Positions 29,270 through 45,503 are shown, numbered from the stretch's first letter. The stretch is DNA of 64,000 nucleotides from the human T2T-CHM13v2.0 reference genome, Homo sapiens (GCF_009914755.1 NC_060931.1); one strand, 5' to 3'. Made by a program: numbers and translations. Notes: generated by a model from the letters alone, not told the origin.

Positions 29270-29520
29270 CAGTTGGCAGTTAAGGGCATGAGCTTTAGCA
29301 CTGGGCAGCTATAGTGTCAAATCCCAGCTCTGCCACTTACTAACTATGGGATCTACCAAATTATTCAATCTTTCAAATATTTTGTATCCTCCCTTACAAA
29401 ATGGGGGTAGTAAAAGTATCCACCTCACTGGGTTTTTGTGGGGATGTAAAAAGGTAAGACATGAAAGTATTAACACAGTGTTATTCATCTAATAAACATT
29501 CAATAAACTCATTATTAATT
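29270..29520 (+). mobile_element. MIR SINE
   Basis: tcaaatcccagctctgccacttactaactatg...acaaaatggggg. Confidence 0.75.
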
Positions 29521-29738
29521 ATTATTATTTAATTTGATTCTCTACAACATGGAAATAAAAAAATAAAAATATGAAAGGCTTGTGGATTGTTTTGCACATC
29601 ATAGATGGTACAAGAACCATAGGCAAGATGAAAGGCAGGAATGCGTGACTGACTGAAGAGCTTTGAGTGACTGTGATCGGTAACAGTTTTTGAGGAAGGA
29701 CTGTGTTGTCTCAGCTGGAAGAATTAGCACCAGTTTAA

Positions 29739-30092
<354 letters not shown>

Positions 30093-30822
30093 TGATGTAT
30101 TTTCTGAGAAACCAGCAGTGATGCTTTTATCCATGAGAAAATCTCCAGCAGACATACTTGGCCGACACCGGGCTTGGTTCCCCAACAAATGGCTCTCTCA
30201 CTTTCCAAGATGTGCTCATTACGTTCACAGCATCTGCTTTCTGCACCCAACATGAGTTCCTCTCACTGATCAGAAGAAAGGCCCCTATTGTAGAGTTACG
30301 TTATCAGATTCAGAAGCTTACAGACATAAATAAAGGGAATGAAAACACTTGCTGTTGTCATCATTCATACATTTTATGGGCTTCTGAAATGGCTTGATGA
30401 TTAGACATTTGAAAGTAAATATTTTTACTACACTATAAAAAGAAGCAATTTTTTAAAATCCATGGGGTCTCTAAAGTCCCCTCTCAGAACTGTATCACTG
30501 AGACTTTTTTACATGATTTAATAGAAACAGCCAATGAATGATTATACAACACACAACCCCTCACACACGCAAACCCAACACTTATTCAAAATGCTTAGCA
30601 TCAGGACCTTGACATTTTTAAATAAAATCTTTTAAAATGAAATTACTGTTATTTTATCATCAGAACATTATTTTCCATTAAGAAGTTAAATACGATATTC
30701 CTTTGAAACTATCTAAATTATCAAAGTAGCTAGATTTGCTCAAAATTTCCCTTCAGTTCTCTCAGAAAACTGATCACTCCAGGGGACAAAAGAAAGTTAG
30801 AATCTGCCATCTAGTTTTCTAC

Positions 30823-30955
30823 TTTTATTTTTTATTTTTTGTAGAGATGTGGTCTCGCCATGTTGCGCAGTCCAGTCTCAAACTCCTGGACTCAAGCAAT
30901 CCTCCCACCTGGGCCTCCCAAAGTTCTGAGGTTATAGGCGTGAGTCACCACATAC
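30823..30955 (-). mobile_element. FLAM / Alu left monomer
   Basis: Single monomer gtagagatgtggtctc...ataggcgtgagtcacc with a T-rich tail. Confidence 0.85.
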
Positions 30956-30975
30956 TTTCAAATTAAAAGATCTGT

Positions 30976-31350
<375 letters not shown>

Positions 31351-31669
31351 GCAATAGACTAAACAAAGACTATTGTGCCTAGTTGAACTATTTTTTATGC
31401 TTCTTCAGGTAAATTGCTTATATGTGTAGGCAAAGTCATTGTTTTGTTTGCCCTCAGAAAATCTCCTGTGTTATTCCCATTTAGCAGAAAAATAGAAACA
31501 GAGAAGATCGAGTTTCCCTGCTTAAGGCAAAGAAGGCTGTTGATATGACTATTCTTGACTTTTCACTGGACTTTTTTCAACAAGACTGTACATCATTAGG
31601 ACAGGGACTTAGTCACATCATCACTCTTAAAAACTTAAGGCTGTCTCTGACCTTATGAATCATCTTCCG

Positions 31670-31856
31670 CAGGGGAACATTATGTATTCAGTTTTGGACC
31701 ACACACTATTTTTGAGGCACTGATGAAAGCTCTGGACCCTCCTCCAAGAAAAATGCACATATGCACCCACCAAACTTGGCACTTACATTCAGTGGCATCA
31801 TGAACCTCCGTCCGCAGACCTCCTGGGGGCCGATGCCTTCTGGCCAAGAATCCCTG
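31670..31856. mobile_element. hAT-Charlie MITE (Charlie4z-like)
   Basis: ctgatgaaagctctggaccctcctccaagaaaaatgcacat; cagggg...ccctg ends. Confidence 0.55.
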
Positions 31857-33147
31857 ATCTAATGAATTTTAAAACTGCCTGTTAAATATTAAGAAACTCA
31901 AGCCTAGGAGACATATCCCCTTAAGATCACCCAGTTAAGCTGTTTGCATAGTGTGGGCCCCTGGACAAACAAAGCCATCCTGATCTTGCTGTATGTAAAA
32001 AAGTCTATGGCTATTGATTAGGAAAATAAAGCATATTTTGGAAAAGAGTGTATTCTACAATGTACTGCATGTAGAGTGCTTTCTAAAACTTAAAAACCGT
32101 TTATGGATAATATTTCTAAATAAAGGAGATTCGGTCAGATTACAGTGAATAAAGTGAAAAATAAAGAAAGATGAGTGGATAGGCAGAATGATACCAGTTA
32201 ATAGTCAGGAACTGGGAATCAAAGTTTGGCGTCTTTGTCAACAAGGACAAAAAAACTTTGGTGATTTACTACAATCCCATTTTCTATCAATTTTGGAAGT
32301 CTTTTATTTGGTATATGTTGTGTTAGCATGATTCCTTCAAACAAAGCTTAATTTTGAAACTAAGTTATGTAGGATTTCTCCATTCTTACCAGTTTTTAGA
32401 AAATTCATCAAATGACTTTTCTCTCTAAATATGAAAAAGATAAGAACTGATTTGATTCCTAACAGAGAAACTTATATTTTACATTTATCACTACTATCTT
32501 TGGGGAGGATGGGACAGATTTGGAGTGGGACAGGTGCCTTTCAGAGAGTAGGATCTAGAGTCATGAAGACTTAGATTCAAATCCCAGAATCCCAGCTGGA
32601 TTCAAAATGGTTGTTCTACTCCGCCTCTCTCAGCCCATTTCATCAAGTGGAAAATGGCCATCGAAACAGTTCTTCCTTATAAGGTTTAATGCAGATTATA
32701 AAGCACTTAGTAGTCCCTAAAACATGACTAGTGCTCATTCTGTTACCTCTTGTTGCTGTTTTTCTGCTGGCTGAAGGACATGGTAAGAAAGGCGCTCTCA
32801 GAAAAGCCCTCTCTGGGGTCACCTCAGAAACTCAGCCTTTTGGCAGCTACCATCTGGGGTATCACTGAACAAGGTACAACTCCATGTGTCAGATGGCTCA
32901 GTGTCTAATCTTTTCTCTGTTTCAGATCTGTTTTAGCAGCTACCTTGAAAGTGATGGGAGAATTATGGATATAAATGTCTCCCTGTAAAAAGAAAATTAC
33001 CTTTTTATTATTAAGAGTTCTTTTCCATTTTCCCTACTTGTTTGAAATCAAGACAAAAGCATGCAATAGTCTGGTACATATCAAGGTCTTTGTCACAATG
33101 ATATATACATATGTGTATGTATGTATATAATTTAATTAATCATGTAT

Positions 33148-33328
33148 GGTCAGCTCTCCATACCTGAGGATTCAACCAACCCAGATCAAAAATGTAGTTA
33201 GGCCTACAATGGTTGCATCTGTGCTAAACATGTACATACTTTTTTCCTTGTCATTATTTCTGAACAATACAGTATAACAACTATGTACATAGCATTTATA
33301 TTCCCCTGCTGATACTGAGGGATGACTA
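33148..33328. mobile_element. MER2B-like Tigger fossil, internally deleted
   Basis: ggattcaaccaac...aaaatgtagttaggcctac...cagtataacaacta...gatactgagggatgact. Confidence 0.75.
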
Positions 33329-33895
33329 TATTTAAAATACTCTTTTTGCCTTGTGAAATTATCATTTCTCTTTTCATATTGCATAATCTATGGTTTCATT
33401 ACCATTAAAGCATCAACCAGAAGCTTCTCAATGCCAACATTATATATAAATATTGTAATAATAACATAAGGAAAATCATATGCCTAATTGTTACAAAATG
33501 ATTTTGAAAAAATGTATCCCAAATTACTAATTTATTCATTTTAATTATGAAAAAACTGATGCATACAAAGTAATCCTATGTAATATATATGGAAGTTCTA
33601 ACTCATCCTAATGCGTATCCTATAAACTCACCATACAGCCTAAGACCTAGAACATTTCCAATGCCCCAGGCCCCTCTCCAATCCCTTCCCTTCACCTCCC
33701 CACCCACAGAGGTAACCAGTGTCCTGAATAATTCATTTATTTTAAAATAAAATTTGAAATGAGATCATACGAATTTAGGTACTAGCTTCTCCAGGGCCCT
33801 GGGATCCAGGCATTCCAAAGATTCTCTCCAGACTCTCAGGTAAAGGTGTCAGTGAGAGCCCACTTCCCTGAGAGGGCAAGAAGTTTGTCTTTCTA

Positions 33896-34607
<712 letters not shown>

Positions 34608-37600
34608 GATGTAATGAAAGCTATCCAATACTTATATTGAACCTCTCTCTTTTGCCCTATAGTTTTCTCATTGGCCAGCAGGAGTGACAGATCTGCATTT
34701 GCAGCTGTCATTTGGTCAGGTGGAACTGGCAGACAGAAATGATGACTTCAGTTGCTTTCAAGTCTTCCAAGGAAGTTCTTGACCTTTATTATCCCAAAGG
34801 TCCCTAAATGGTGCTGCAAGAAAGTACCACAGGGCATGAAACATGAGCATGTTGGACCAATGGGGTGGCTGTGTAAGTGGGCTGTGTAAGTGGATTCTCA
34901 TTCATCTGTGAATCAGGTTAAAGAGGAATCATGTGCATATTTTGTGAATAAAATCAGTTCTTTCCACTAGTTTGCTATCTAATGAGCACTATTCATCAGC
35001 AGTGGAAAATCAGTTTTTAGCCTATCCTAAACCTGCATTAACGCAGACTGTTTTTGAATTTTTAATCATTTATTCAGGAACATTAGTAAAGTACAACTTT
35101 GAATTATTTATAAATAAAGTCTTTGGTTAACATGTTAAATATGTAAGCTACATTCCATGGCTTAGTTTTTAAGTACTGGAGAGTACAACTTTTTTTTAAA
35201 CCTTTTAAATAACTTTAAAAACATTCACTGACACTGAACAGCTTAATTTGTTAATTATAAATCATTTGTATGTATTCACCATTTGAATAAGCTTCTAATG
35301 TTTTGCCAGCATGATGGAAGTTACCAGGTAGGTAGACTTAAACATTTTTCAAAATTAAATTTCTTTTAAGGTATTTTATAATTTTTACTGGGCTTACTTC
35401 TAGTTGATCTATTTTAGTGAGACCTGACATTGCATTTGAGATGTGTACCAATGACTAGGTTAGAATGTGAGGGCTTATTTTCCATTTTAATAACTCCCTA
35501 CATCACATACAGTTCCTTTGTTGGGATAAAAATCTCAGTAAAGTACACATCGGTCACTATAAATAGCAGCTACAAGCCTGTACATTCAGGAGAGTCTCCA
35601 GAGTGTATTTTAAACCCCACATTGTTTAGAATAGGAAATTCTTCCAATGTTCATATTTTCCATTGTGGGTGACATGGACTACTATCCCATGTCACATCTT
35701 CACTGGCTTCTGTTTTCCTGTACCATTTAGGAACTCAACTGACGGTTTCCAGCAGATTGTTCAATATGTGCTTTTTATTTTTCTAAGGGTAGCCTGGGTC
35801 TTTTTGTCCAGTGGGAATTTTGCATGCTTCATGGGGCTCTCCAAATAAAAGCTAGATAACTCAGAGCCGGCACCAGCACTAGGTAATGAAAGAGTCCTTT
35901 ATTTCTGGAGCTAGTAGCACTACTGTGCCCGCTTAGAATAACAGCAGTCAACCCATTTTTTATTCCCACAGAAAACTTTACACTGTTGGAAGGTTTTCTG
36001 GAGGTGGGGGGAGACTCAAGAGACTAATATGAAAAATAACTGAGCAAGAAGTGAGCAAATAAACAAGCAGGATGAGATGATGGGTTATCAGGCTGATTCA
36101 AAGACAAGAAGCATCATCAGGTCTAATCACACTGCATCTTTCCCAAGGCACAATTGGCAGCTACAGTACATGTATATCTCTGCCCACTTCTTCCTTGAAC
36201 AATTCTTCTGTTTCTCTCATCAAAACTGTTGTGTAGATCTTGATCTTTTTTTAGTGGAGTTTCATTTGGGGGATCTAACATTCCCTCACTATTTGTCCTT
36301 TGATGAAGAAGATGAGAAAGGACCTATTATTAAGGGGCCTCGCGCAAAAGTTGTGATGTAGAAAGAACTGATATCTGACACCTGTCTTTCCTGCTACTAC
36401 CTTTTAAGATCCTTTAACTCTTCCTATCTAAGCAGGAGAGTGTATTTTCCCTGAGCCAGCATCTTCATAGCATATCCTGGCTACCTAGGGATTATCATTG
36501 CTACAGATGCTCAGCGGCTTTTGAACTGAACAGAATGAAGTTTTTTTTAAACTCTAGGTTGAGGCTGGAGAGAAATTCCCAAATCCTTTAGTCCCTAAGT
36601 GCCTCATGTCATATAAATGATGTCTCATTGTGGCATTGTCAGAGCTATGGTAGAGCTGAAATCAGAGACATATGCGCTTCAGAAAGGTGTCAGTTTTCCA
36701 TGAGAACTCTGCCTGAAGTGCAGAATTACTTCTAGAAGACAGATTCTGGTGTCCAGTTGGGTTATGTCATCAGAAATTAACATACACTCTCTTTCCTACG
36801 TTCTCTGAAAGGGGGTTGGAAGCCCAAATCATTGGACCCAGGCTTGTAGAGCAACATGTCCAAGAGCACACAGTCAGTGGCAGGGTCAAATCTGGAAACC
36901 TTGTCATTTTCTCCAACTCTGGCACTTTTTTTCTTTGCATCATGTGAGGCCCCACTCTCAATTTATTATCACATTAGAGCTAAATGTCCTCTAACTCCTG
37001 CTGAAGAGACTGGCTTTTAAATCAAGGATAAAAGAAAAGACACTGGATAAAAGTTCAGCAGATCAGGGCTTCCTTATCTATAAGAGAGAACTAACACTTC
37101 TCAGGGTGGCTGAGAAAATTAAGCAAGATACAGAAAAAATGTCATCGAAAGTATAAAGTAATGCGCATGACGTACGTTTATCATGTTGAAGTGCCTGGGT
37201 GATTACACTGGATTCACTTCTATATTAACTATATGTAGAGTTGCAGGTTTCATGCTGGTCATGTGCTGTGTTTCAAAGGAATTTTCACACTTCTAACCCT
37301 GCTGCCTTATGCTAGCTGACTGGCTGTCAGGTATTCTAGTCTTTCAGAAATCAGATGCTGAGAAAACACAATGAAATAAAATGTCACCTGTCACCCTCCC
37401 TAGAGCCCGTCACCTCTGGAGAGGGCTTAGGACCTCAATTGCAGATTAGAAGAACCAAAGCCATTTTATTTTCCCTTTTCCTCTAGTTGTGAATTGAGGA
37501 GAAAATGCAGACGATTTAAAATCCTGGCTTTATCCCAATCAGAAGGAAACTGTGCTGTGCTTACGAGGAGAACCCTACTCCCACCTTGGGTCTTACGTCG

Positions 37601-39445
37601 CACTTTTTACATATGTTAATTATTATCCTCTATTTTATGTTTATTTGTTCTCGTATCTGTTTTCTCCACCAAATTGAAAGCAACCGTAGATCAGAAACTA
37701 CATCTTACTCACTTTTATTTCCCCAAGACCAGCATACAATGTTGAATGAACACTAACACTTGTGTATCAAGGCACAACTGTGACAAATGTGCTAAGCTAC
37801 TTGTGAGGGAGGCAGAAATGTTAGTGACACTCGTTGTGTCTTCTAAACACTGACACCATCAATGCCTCTCCTGGGGTTTCATCACTTCTCTGCTGAGCCT
37901 TCAAGCCATTGCAATTTCAACTCCATATCTTTTCTCCAGAGAAATGAAGAGATTTATCTCATGTATTTTTTTTATTATTAAGGATAATTGGACCTTTACA
38001 ACATAGAATTTTGACCACTTATGCTTATTTAGTTGCATTGTGGAGGCAAATGATATTAATATGGTAAGAGTCCATTTCCTTTTGTTGGCCTATTTACTCC
38101 GGTACTCAAGCCCTTGGTATATTTGCAATTAGTATCTGCATTATAAATCAGATAATCATCAAATTACAGGGTTTATGCCAAACGTACAGGAGTCCAACAG
38201 TGAACAAACTGTATAATCAAAAATTTCTCTAATGAAAGATCAAGCTTGTGGTCAGGAGGAGTAAAGTATCCAGTTAATCCCAGAAGAATGGGCAGAAGTA
38301 GGATAAGGGTAGGGCCAATCTCTGGCATGTATTTATCAACATTCTTTCTGATAATAGAATGTTTAGCATACAATAGAATGGAGTGTTTAACATACAAGTT
38401 GAGTTCAAAGTTTAGATTTCAAATGGTAAATGGTTTTCCAATATTGGGATGTAATGATGGACCAAAAAAGAAAAAGAAGAAAGTAATACATTAGAGCCCA
38501 ATACTTTTTAATCAAGATATGAGGACTTAATTATTTTTTTCCAGTAAAGTCGAGCATTTTTATAAATGGTTTATGCTCCTTGAGTGGTACTATTTGGAAG
38601 AAGGAGGAGGAGTATTTATAAATGGATTTTCTTCATCATAAAATATACCCTTTGGTTAATTTGTTAACATAAAATTTGTAATTAAAATAAAGTTAGTGAA
38701 CTGGAACACTCAAAGTACGTAAACCCAGAAGCACAATCGAATAGCCTCAGAACTGTATTTCTTAGGTAAGAAATTTTAATTTTTGATTCTTAGATCTACT
38801 GGGAAAGAGTCAGAAGGAAAGGTAATTTGAAGTTATCCTAGAAAGACTCTGAATTCTAAAATACTTAGGAGAATCTCAGATTACTTCAGCCCTCTCTACT
38901 TTGCAACATATTTTAGAAAGCTGGATTCATATTTCACATCATTGGCTTTCAAATTTGAAGTGACTGTCGGCTATTTTTTTTAAGTATCATCTATTTTATC
39001 TTTTGTTGTTGTTGTCTTCATAATGTGTTAACATTAAAAAGCTTTCCAGATGGCTTCTGGCTTTTAAATGAGAAAATTGGATATTTTTACTAAATATTTT
39101 CCCTTAAAAACCTGCCAGGCTGGTTGTTATTCTATAAATTAGTGAGATTAAAAAAAAGGCCCCATTTGCTTTTCCTGTTTTAATCTTAATAAGAGCTTGA
39201 TTTCACTACTCAATAATGTCAAAGTAAAATAGCATCTTAAAATGGAAAAGCTTTCTTCTCCTACTCTATTTCTAATCTCCTGCCTTAGGCTACCATCATA
39301 AAGATACCTAAGATTCTACAGAAGAGCATTTCTGATAAATACAATTCATAAGGGTCAAACTGCATTAGGTCTCCCAGATTTGAACAAGTGGAGTCCAACT
39401 GTAATCCACGATATTAGTGAGTGTAAAGAAAGAATGGCCAGTAGA

Positions 39446-39778
<333 letters not shown>

Positions 39779-40545
39779 TCAAGACCTGGTTTGGCCCTGG
39801 GGATCTAGGAATATCCAAATGAGACAGACCTTGAATCTCAGGGTTGGTTGAGTTTCAGGGTGGTGACATGAGATTTATGGCTTGAATCTCACAGAGTTGT
39901 GACATGAAAAGTATTCTCTCCACTTGGAGAAGTGTTTCCTCATGTCTCCCACTGGCTTGGGTAAAATATTACCTGTGATGATTTCACCCCGCTTTGCTCT
40001 GACTTCACACTCATGAAGAAGTCGCTATTGACTACGCAGCTTCCTGACATCCTGGCTTGGGGAATGGGAGGTGCCCTGGTTGGGAATGAGAGTTCTCCAG
40101 GCACTGAAGATGGAGAGCATTTATTCTATCTTAATTGGCACTAGAGAAGGCATCAGTCTCTTGTGCATCTGTGAGTTCATCAATCTTCCTGATACCTGTC
40201 GATTCTGGACCTCCCAAGATCCAATTTCTGGTGCAGAACTGTTATGAATACTCCAAAAAAAAAAAAAAGGCCAATCTTTAGAAACCTTTGGAAAAACAAG
40301 CCAACTGACCTTGGTGCAGCGTCTCTACTCCATCGTTGTCCCTCTTCACTCCAGAGAAAAAATGACAAGTACTTATTGGCCATCTGCTATATAACTAACA
40401 CCCTCCTAGGCTGTATCAGGTGCAAAAGTGGTGGTAGGAAATACCCCTTCCAGCAAAAATGTTACACTGTAACTTATTTGGTAAAAACAAGTATATACAC
40501 AGGAACAATGAACAAATAAGACTGTGTATTTGTATTTATCCATAT

Positions 40546-40852
40546 TTTCTTTCTTTCTTTTATTTATTTATTTTTTTGAGACAGAGTCTCATTCTGTCAC
40601 CCAGGCTAGAGTACACTGGTGTGATCTCGGCTCACTGCAGCCTCCACCTCCCAGGTTCAAGCGATTCTCATGCCTCAGCCTCTGGAGGGGTTACAGGCGC
40701 ACACCACCATGCCAGGCTAACTTTTGTACTTTTAACAGAGACGGGGTTTCACTATGTTGGCCAGTCTGGTCTGTAACTCCTGACCTCAGGTGATCCTCCT
40801 GCCTCTGCCTCCCAAAGTGCTGGGATTACAGGTGTGAGCCCCGACACCCGGC
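40546..40852 (-). mobile_element. AluS
   Basis: Full antisense dimer with a T-rich tail. Confidence 0.92.
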
Positions 40853-43190
40853 ACCATACGTTTATTTCTATCTGTAGATCATAATCAAGTGCTGATCCCA
40901 GTCAGAGGTTATTACAAAATATAACAGAACCTAATAAAGTGTTATTATATAATGTAAATAATAAGCACAACACCTAAAGTATCTGAAACACATAATGGAT
41001 TATTTCTCTAGCAATAGGAGCAATATGCTTTCATCCAGGTCTGACCACCCCCCAAAAAGAAGGAAATCAATATTTTTTAAGACTTTATATGGTATCACTG
41101 GAAAAAAATCTGGATTTCATTCCAGCTATAAAAGCCATGTGTAAATTTAATATCCAGATGCAAAAGGTGGACACCCACAAATAAATTTATGATTGTGGAA
41201 ATATTTAGACACTTTGAACAAGAGTGGTACACACTGAGAATTCTGTGGCTTAGGAACTAATATGCTTCCTTTGAAGATTTGACCTTTTCTTCTGCACTAG
41301 AATTATCTCCTGAGTCCTTATAATAATTTCCTTCACAACCTGTACCTATGAACAACAAATCTACATTCTAAAATATATCACTATGGCCTAGATTCAGTTT
41401 CTTATGGGTAGAAATCACATTCTTCATGTACACACTTCTTTCCTAGAATTATATAAAGCAGGTATTATTATTATCGTTTTCACCGAGACCAGAACCAGAA
41501 TTTTGTAGATGTGCACCAGCCACCATTCATTCAAGAAATTGTTAGAGCCCTGCTATTTCCAAGCACCGTTTATTGTTTTAAAGATATGTTTCAAGTTGGA
41601 GGGCAGAAAGGAGTTAGAGGCATGATCCTTTTCAGATAGAAACTTTTCAGGAAAAGAAAATAGTCCAGTTGTTTAAAAAACCCTGGATTTTAAAAAGAGC
41701 TTAGAGAGTCGGCCTAAGTAATTGGTGCAAGACAGTTTAAACAGAAACAGGGAGTCTCACAGCAAGTTGGCTGGAGGAGCTGACTCATACATTGCAACAT
41801 AATTATTTCCCAAATAACATGCAAACAAGAGTGGGCTCAAGCTTTCTGGTCTCTCTCTCCCTAACAAGATAAATTAGAAAGAAATAAAGTCAAATCCAGG
41901 AAGACTTCATAGAGGTAAGGCCTGGAACTGGTTCTTAAAGAACCACTAGAATTCAGAGAAGCAAAAGGAGTAAGAGTGGGCATAGGACTTACAAAGCAAT
42001 TCATTTGGAGAAGAAAAAAGAAAAAGCAAAAACCCTGGATATAGCACAAAACTGAATGAATGATCTCTCTAAGAGATGCTATTATCAATGTGAAAATGAT
42101 GTTAGGATGTGTTAACAGGAACGTGGCAGGAAGCACTGGGACTTCAGCCAGGCCTTGGTCAGCTTTTATTATGTCCAATTTTGGTTTCCCGTTTGAAGAG
42201 TTGTTATAGTCAGGCTGATATTAAAAGGATGGAAAATAGGCATTGGCGTCTAGCCTAGAAAAGACGAGACTAAAGGATGACTTAATACCTGTGGCCCTCC
42301 TAGAGATAAGTAGGTTTCTATTTCAGCAACAGGAAATCTAGTTCGATAACAGGATAAATTGAGCGTGAGAGTGATTAAACACTGGGACCTTGATCACAGG
42401 ATGTCACCTACTGAAGTATAGTTCTTTAGCTCTACTGCTTTCAGAGTACTGTTCACTTTCTGTCTTATAATAGAATTTTTGTATACATGTCTTATCTCCC
42501 TTTAGGACTGCCCTTCTTATCTTTGCATCCCCCACAGCACTTAGTGCAATGACTTGCTTGTAGTAAACATTCCAATAGTGCTACGCGAAGCAAAGCAAAA
42601 AGGAATGTGCTGGGACAAAATAAAACTACATGCTCACCATTATAAGGGCAATAAGACAGTGTCACAACCCAAGCCCCTATTACAGGCCTAGAGACAGATG
42701 AGGCAAAGAATAATTAAGAAACGTGTATCAGCACAGGCCATGAAGACGCTGGTGAAGAACCACTGGAAGACTAGGATGAGGAGTAAACTGTGATTTTTCC
42801 ACAGCAGCTCCTGCATTCAAGATCACAGGACATGACAGAGCAATATAGTTTAAGTGAACACGTTCAACGCCATGGCAGGGGCAGGGGATGGGAGATGCCG
42901 TCGTCTATGAGGGGAAAACTATGAGAGGCCAACAGAAAGGAGGAAAGAGATGCTGCCTTTGAATATGTAAACTCCTTTACCTACATTCCTGTTCACCTTG
43001 GGGTGGGGGAACAGCTGTCTAGGCAAGATTTTTTGCCTAGTTCTAAGAGTACAGAGCCTATGAATTTCTTCATAAGAAAATTTATCTCCAACAGCCTTTT
43101 CAAACGTCCCCTTTGTACTACTCGAACTGTTGCCTCCCTAGTGGTAGATTTCCCTTAGGTTTATGTGTTTCCATAGTAAGTGAATGGCTC

Positions 43191-43521
43191 TGTGCATGTT
43201 ATGTGTGTGCATGTGTGCGTATGCATGCATGCGTGTATATGTGTGTGCCTGTGTGTACATGCATGTCTGTATGTGTGTGCATGTGTGCGTATGCATGCAT
43301 GTGTGTGTATGTGTATGTGCATGTGTGCATATGCATGCATGCGTATATGTGTTTGCCTGTGTGTGCATGTGTGTCTCTATGTGCCTGCGTGTGTATGTGT
43401 GTGCATGTGTATGTGTGCGCATGTGTGTGTGTGCATGTGTGCATATGCATGCATTCGTGTATGTGTGTGTGCCTGTGTGTGCATGTGTGTCTGTATGTGT
43501 GTGTATGTGTGTGCATGTGTG
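43191..43521 (+). repeat. Degenerate (TG)n/TGCA/TGTA alternating purine-pyrimidine array
   Basis: About 330 bp of alternating R/Y; 43201-43231 is identical to 43271-43301. Confidence 0.95.
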
Positions 43522-44705
43522 TCATAAGCGCATTAGGGCGTATGCACAGCACTTCCCACATACCTCTCTTCCCTAGGGAATTGTTTCAAGGTAGAAGCTG
43601 TTCTTAAACAACTGCTGCAGACTCTAAAGTCTGGAACAGATCTTGTGGTCCGGTCTCCCACCTCCATGAAGTAAAGTTATTTTTAAAAAATCATATTTTC
43701 TTAATAAAGGACCACCCTGTGGTGGGAGCTGTTCCTTTCTATTACAGTCTGACCTCCCTCAAACCTTCCCAGCCCAGAATCTCTTTGATGAAAAATTAAA
43801 CAATAAAGTGTCCAGAAACAAAGGATACTATGAGTAATCTCAGAATGGTCCAGACTTTCATTTTTCCTAGTAAGAGTCCTGAAGCATCATCAAATTCATG
43901 ATACCTATTATCTTGCTGAAGGATGACTGGCCCACTTGTTCATGGTGCCAATGAATAGTCATTAGTTCACTTCTCAGAGACACCAGTTCTGGCAGCTGGA
44001 CACTGGGTACCATTCTCTGCTATGCAGTGAAAGCACACAGGCCTGTAGGTCTCTGCAGGACCAGAACACTGTGCACAAATAACCTTTAGATTGTTATTTC
44101 TCAATCCTCTTACCTTGCCTCTCCAGCCCCAGGCACCAGGTCTCAGAGGACTCTTGGAAGCACTTGCCTAGCCCAGCCCTGCTCTCAGCTCATGATTCAC
44201 TTGTTATCTCTATGCGTCTTCCCGCGTTGCCTGTCTTTCATTGGCCTTTGTGTTCTTCCTCTTCCCAGAGAGTGTCTGAACCAGGTCCAAGACTCACTTC
44301 TCTCTTCACTGTTCCCATGTCAGTACCCTACCAGGTAGCATGAGCTATAACACCACTGGGTTTTACTATCACAAACTGAAGACAGACAGCTGCTTCCCAA
44401 ATGCATGCCCCTAATAACAAAGGAGGGTGCGCGCTGTTTCCCTTTCCCTCTTTTGGCAATTAGGGAAATAGCCTGGTGGACATCCTGTGTACAGCTGGCA
44501 ATTAGCACACTTTCTGTACATGGATTCTGCACATGAGTGGAAGACTACTAAATTCTTGCTCTCCTCCATGGAGAATACTGGCCAGAAAGAACCACAATTT
44601 TTTTTTCTAGGTTTTTCCATTTTATGAACCTATTCTGAATATGCCAAAACCATACCTGTCACCTCAGAATTGGCGTGGGGGGCTGGGGAGGAGGGAATCA
44701 GGAGG

Positions 44706-45184
44706 TGATAGCTTTCTCGCATGGCTGCGACAAATAACTAGAAACTTGGTGGCTTTAAACGACACAACTTATTCTGTACAGTTCTATAGGTTAGATGTCT
44801 GGCACAGGTCTCACTGGGCTAACATCAAGGTGTCAGCAGGGCTGCATTCCTTCCTGGAGGCTCCAGGGGAGAATCCATTTCCTTGCCTTTTCCAGCTTCT
44901 AGAGGAAGTCACATTCCCAGGCTCTTGGACCCCCTCTCCATCTTCAAAGCCATCACCAGTCTGTCTGCCCACCCTGACAGATAAGCTCCTCTAACCACAG
45001 CTGGAAAGGGGTCTCTGATTATAAAGAGCCATGTGATTCATTCCAGCACACCTGGATAATCCAGGATGCTCTCCCCATCTCTATGCCTTTAATTTCATCA
45101 TATCGACAAGGTCCCTTTTGCCACGCAAATTAACATGTTCTCAGGTTCTGGAGATTTGCGGGAAACGTTATTCCACCTACCATA
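44706..45184 (-). mobile_element. MLT1D-like LTR
   Basis: aaacttggtggcttt...ggtctcactgggctaacatcaaggtgtcagcagggctgcattcc...cacctggataatccagga. Confidence 0.85.
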
Positions 45185-45503
45185 GAAAACCACCGACTTT
45201 TGTAAGTAATTGAAGGGAAAAAATTAATTGGGCAAAATTCGGTAGAAAGAGAAGCAGCAGAATGCCTCGATACATGTTTCTGTCTCAGTTCTAGAGCGAG
45301 AAACTCAGGACAAGTCAGTGTATATTTAAGTCCTCTTGTGTGAAGGCAGATGTATCTCTACTTTTATGGGTGTCTTATGTGCTACTTTCATCAATATATG
45401 TTCGGTGATCATATGTGTAATCAGAGATATTTAAATGCATATATACATAATGATATATAGAGATAATTAACTTTAAGTTTATTAAACTGTATTTACTCTA
45501 TAA

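Noticed and set aside
35669-35695. 9-bp inverted repeat gtgacatgg/ccatgtcac with a 9-nt loop
   Set aside because: Too short for a pre-miRNA or other structured ncRNA; compatible with chance.
43113-43607. Overlapping Cys/Val/His/Thr-rich ORFs on both strands
   Set aside because: Artefact of the stop-free (TG)n-like array.
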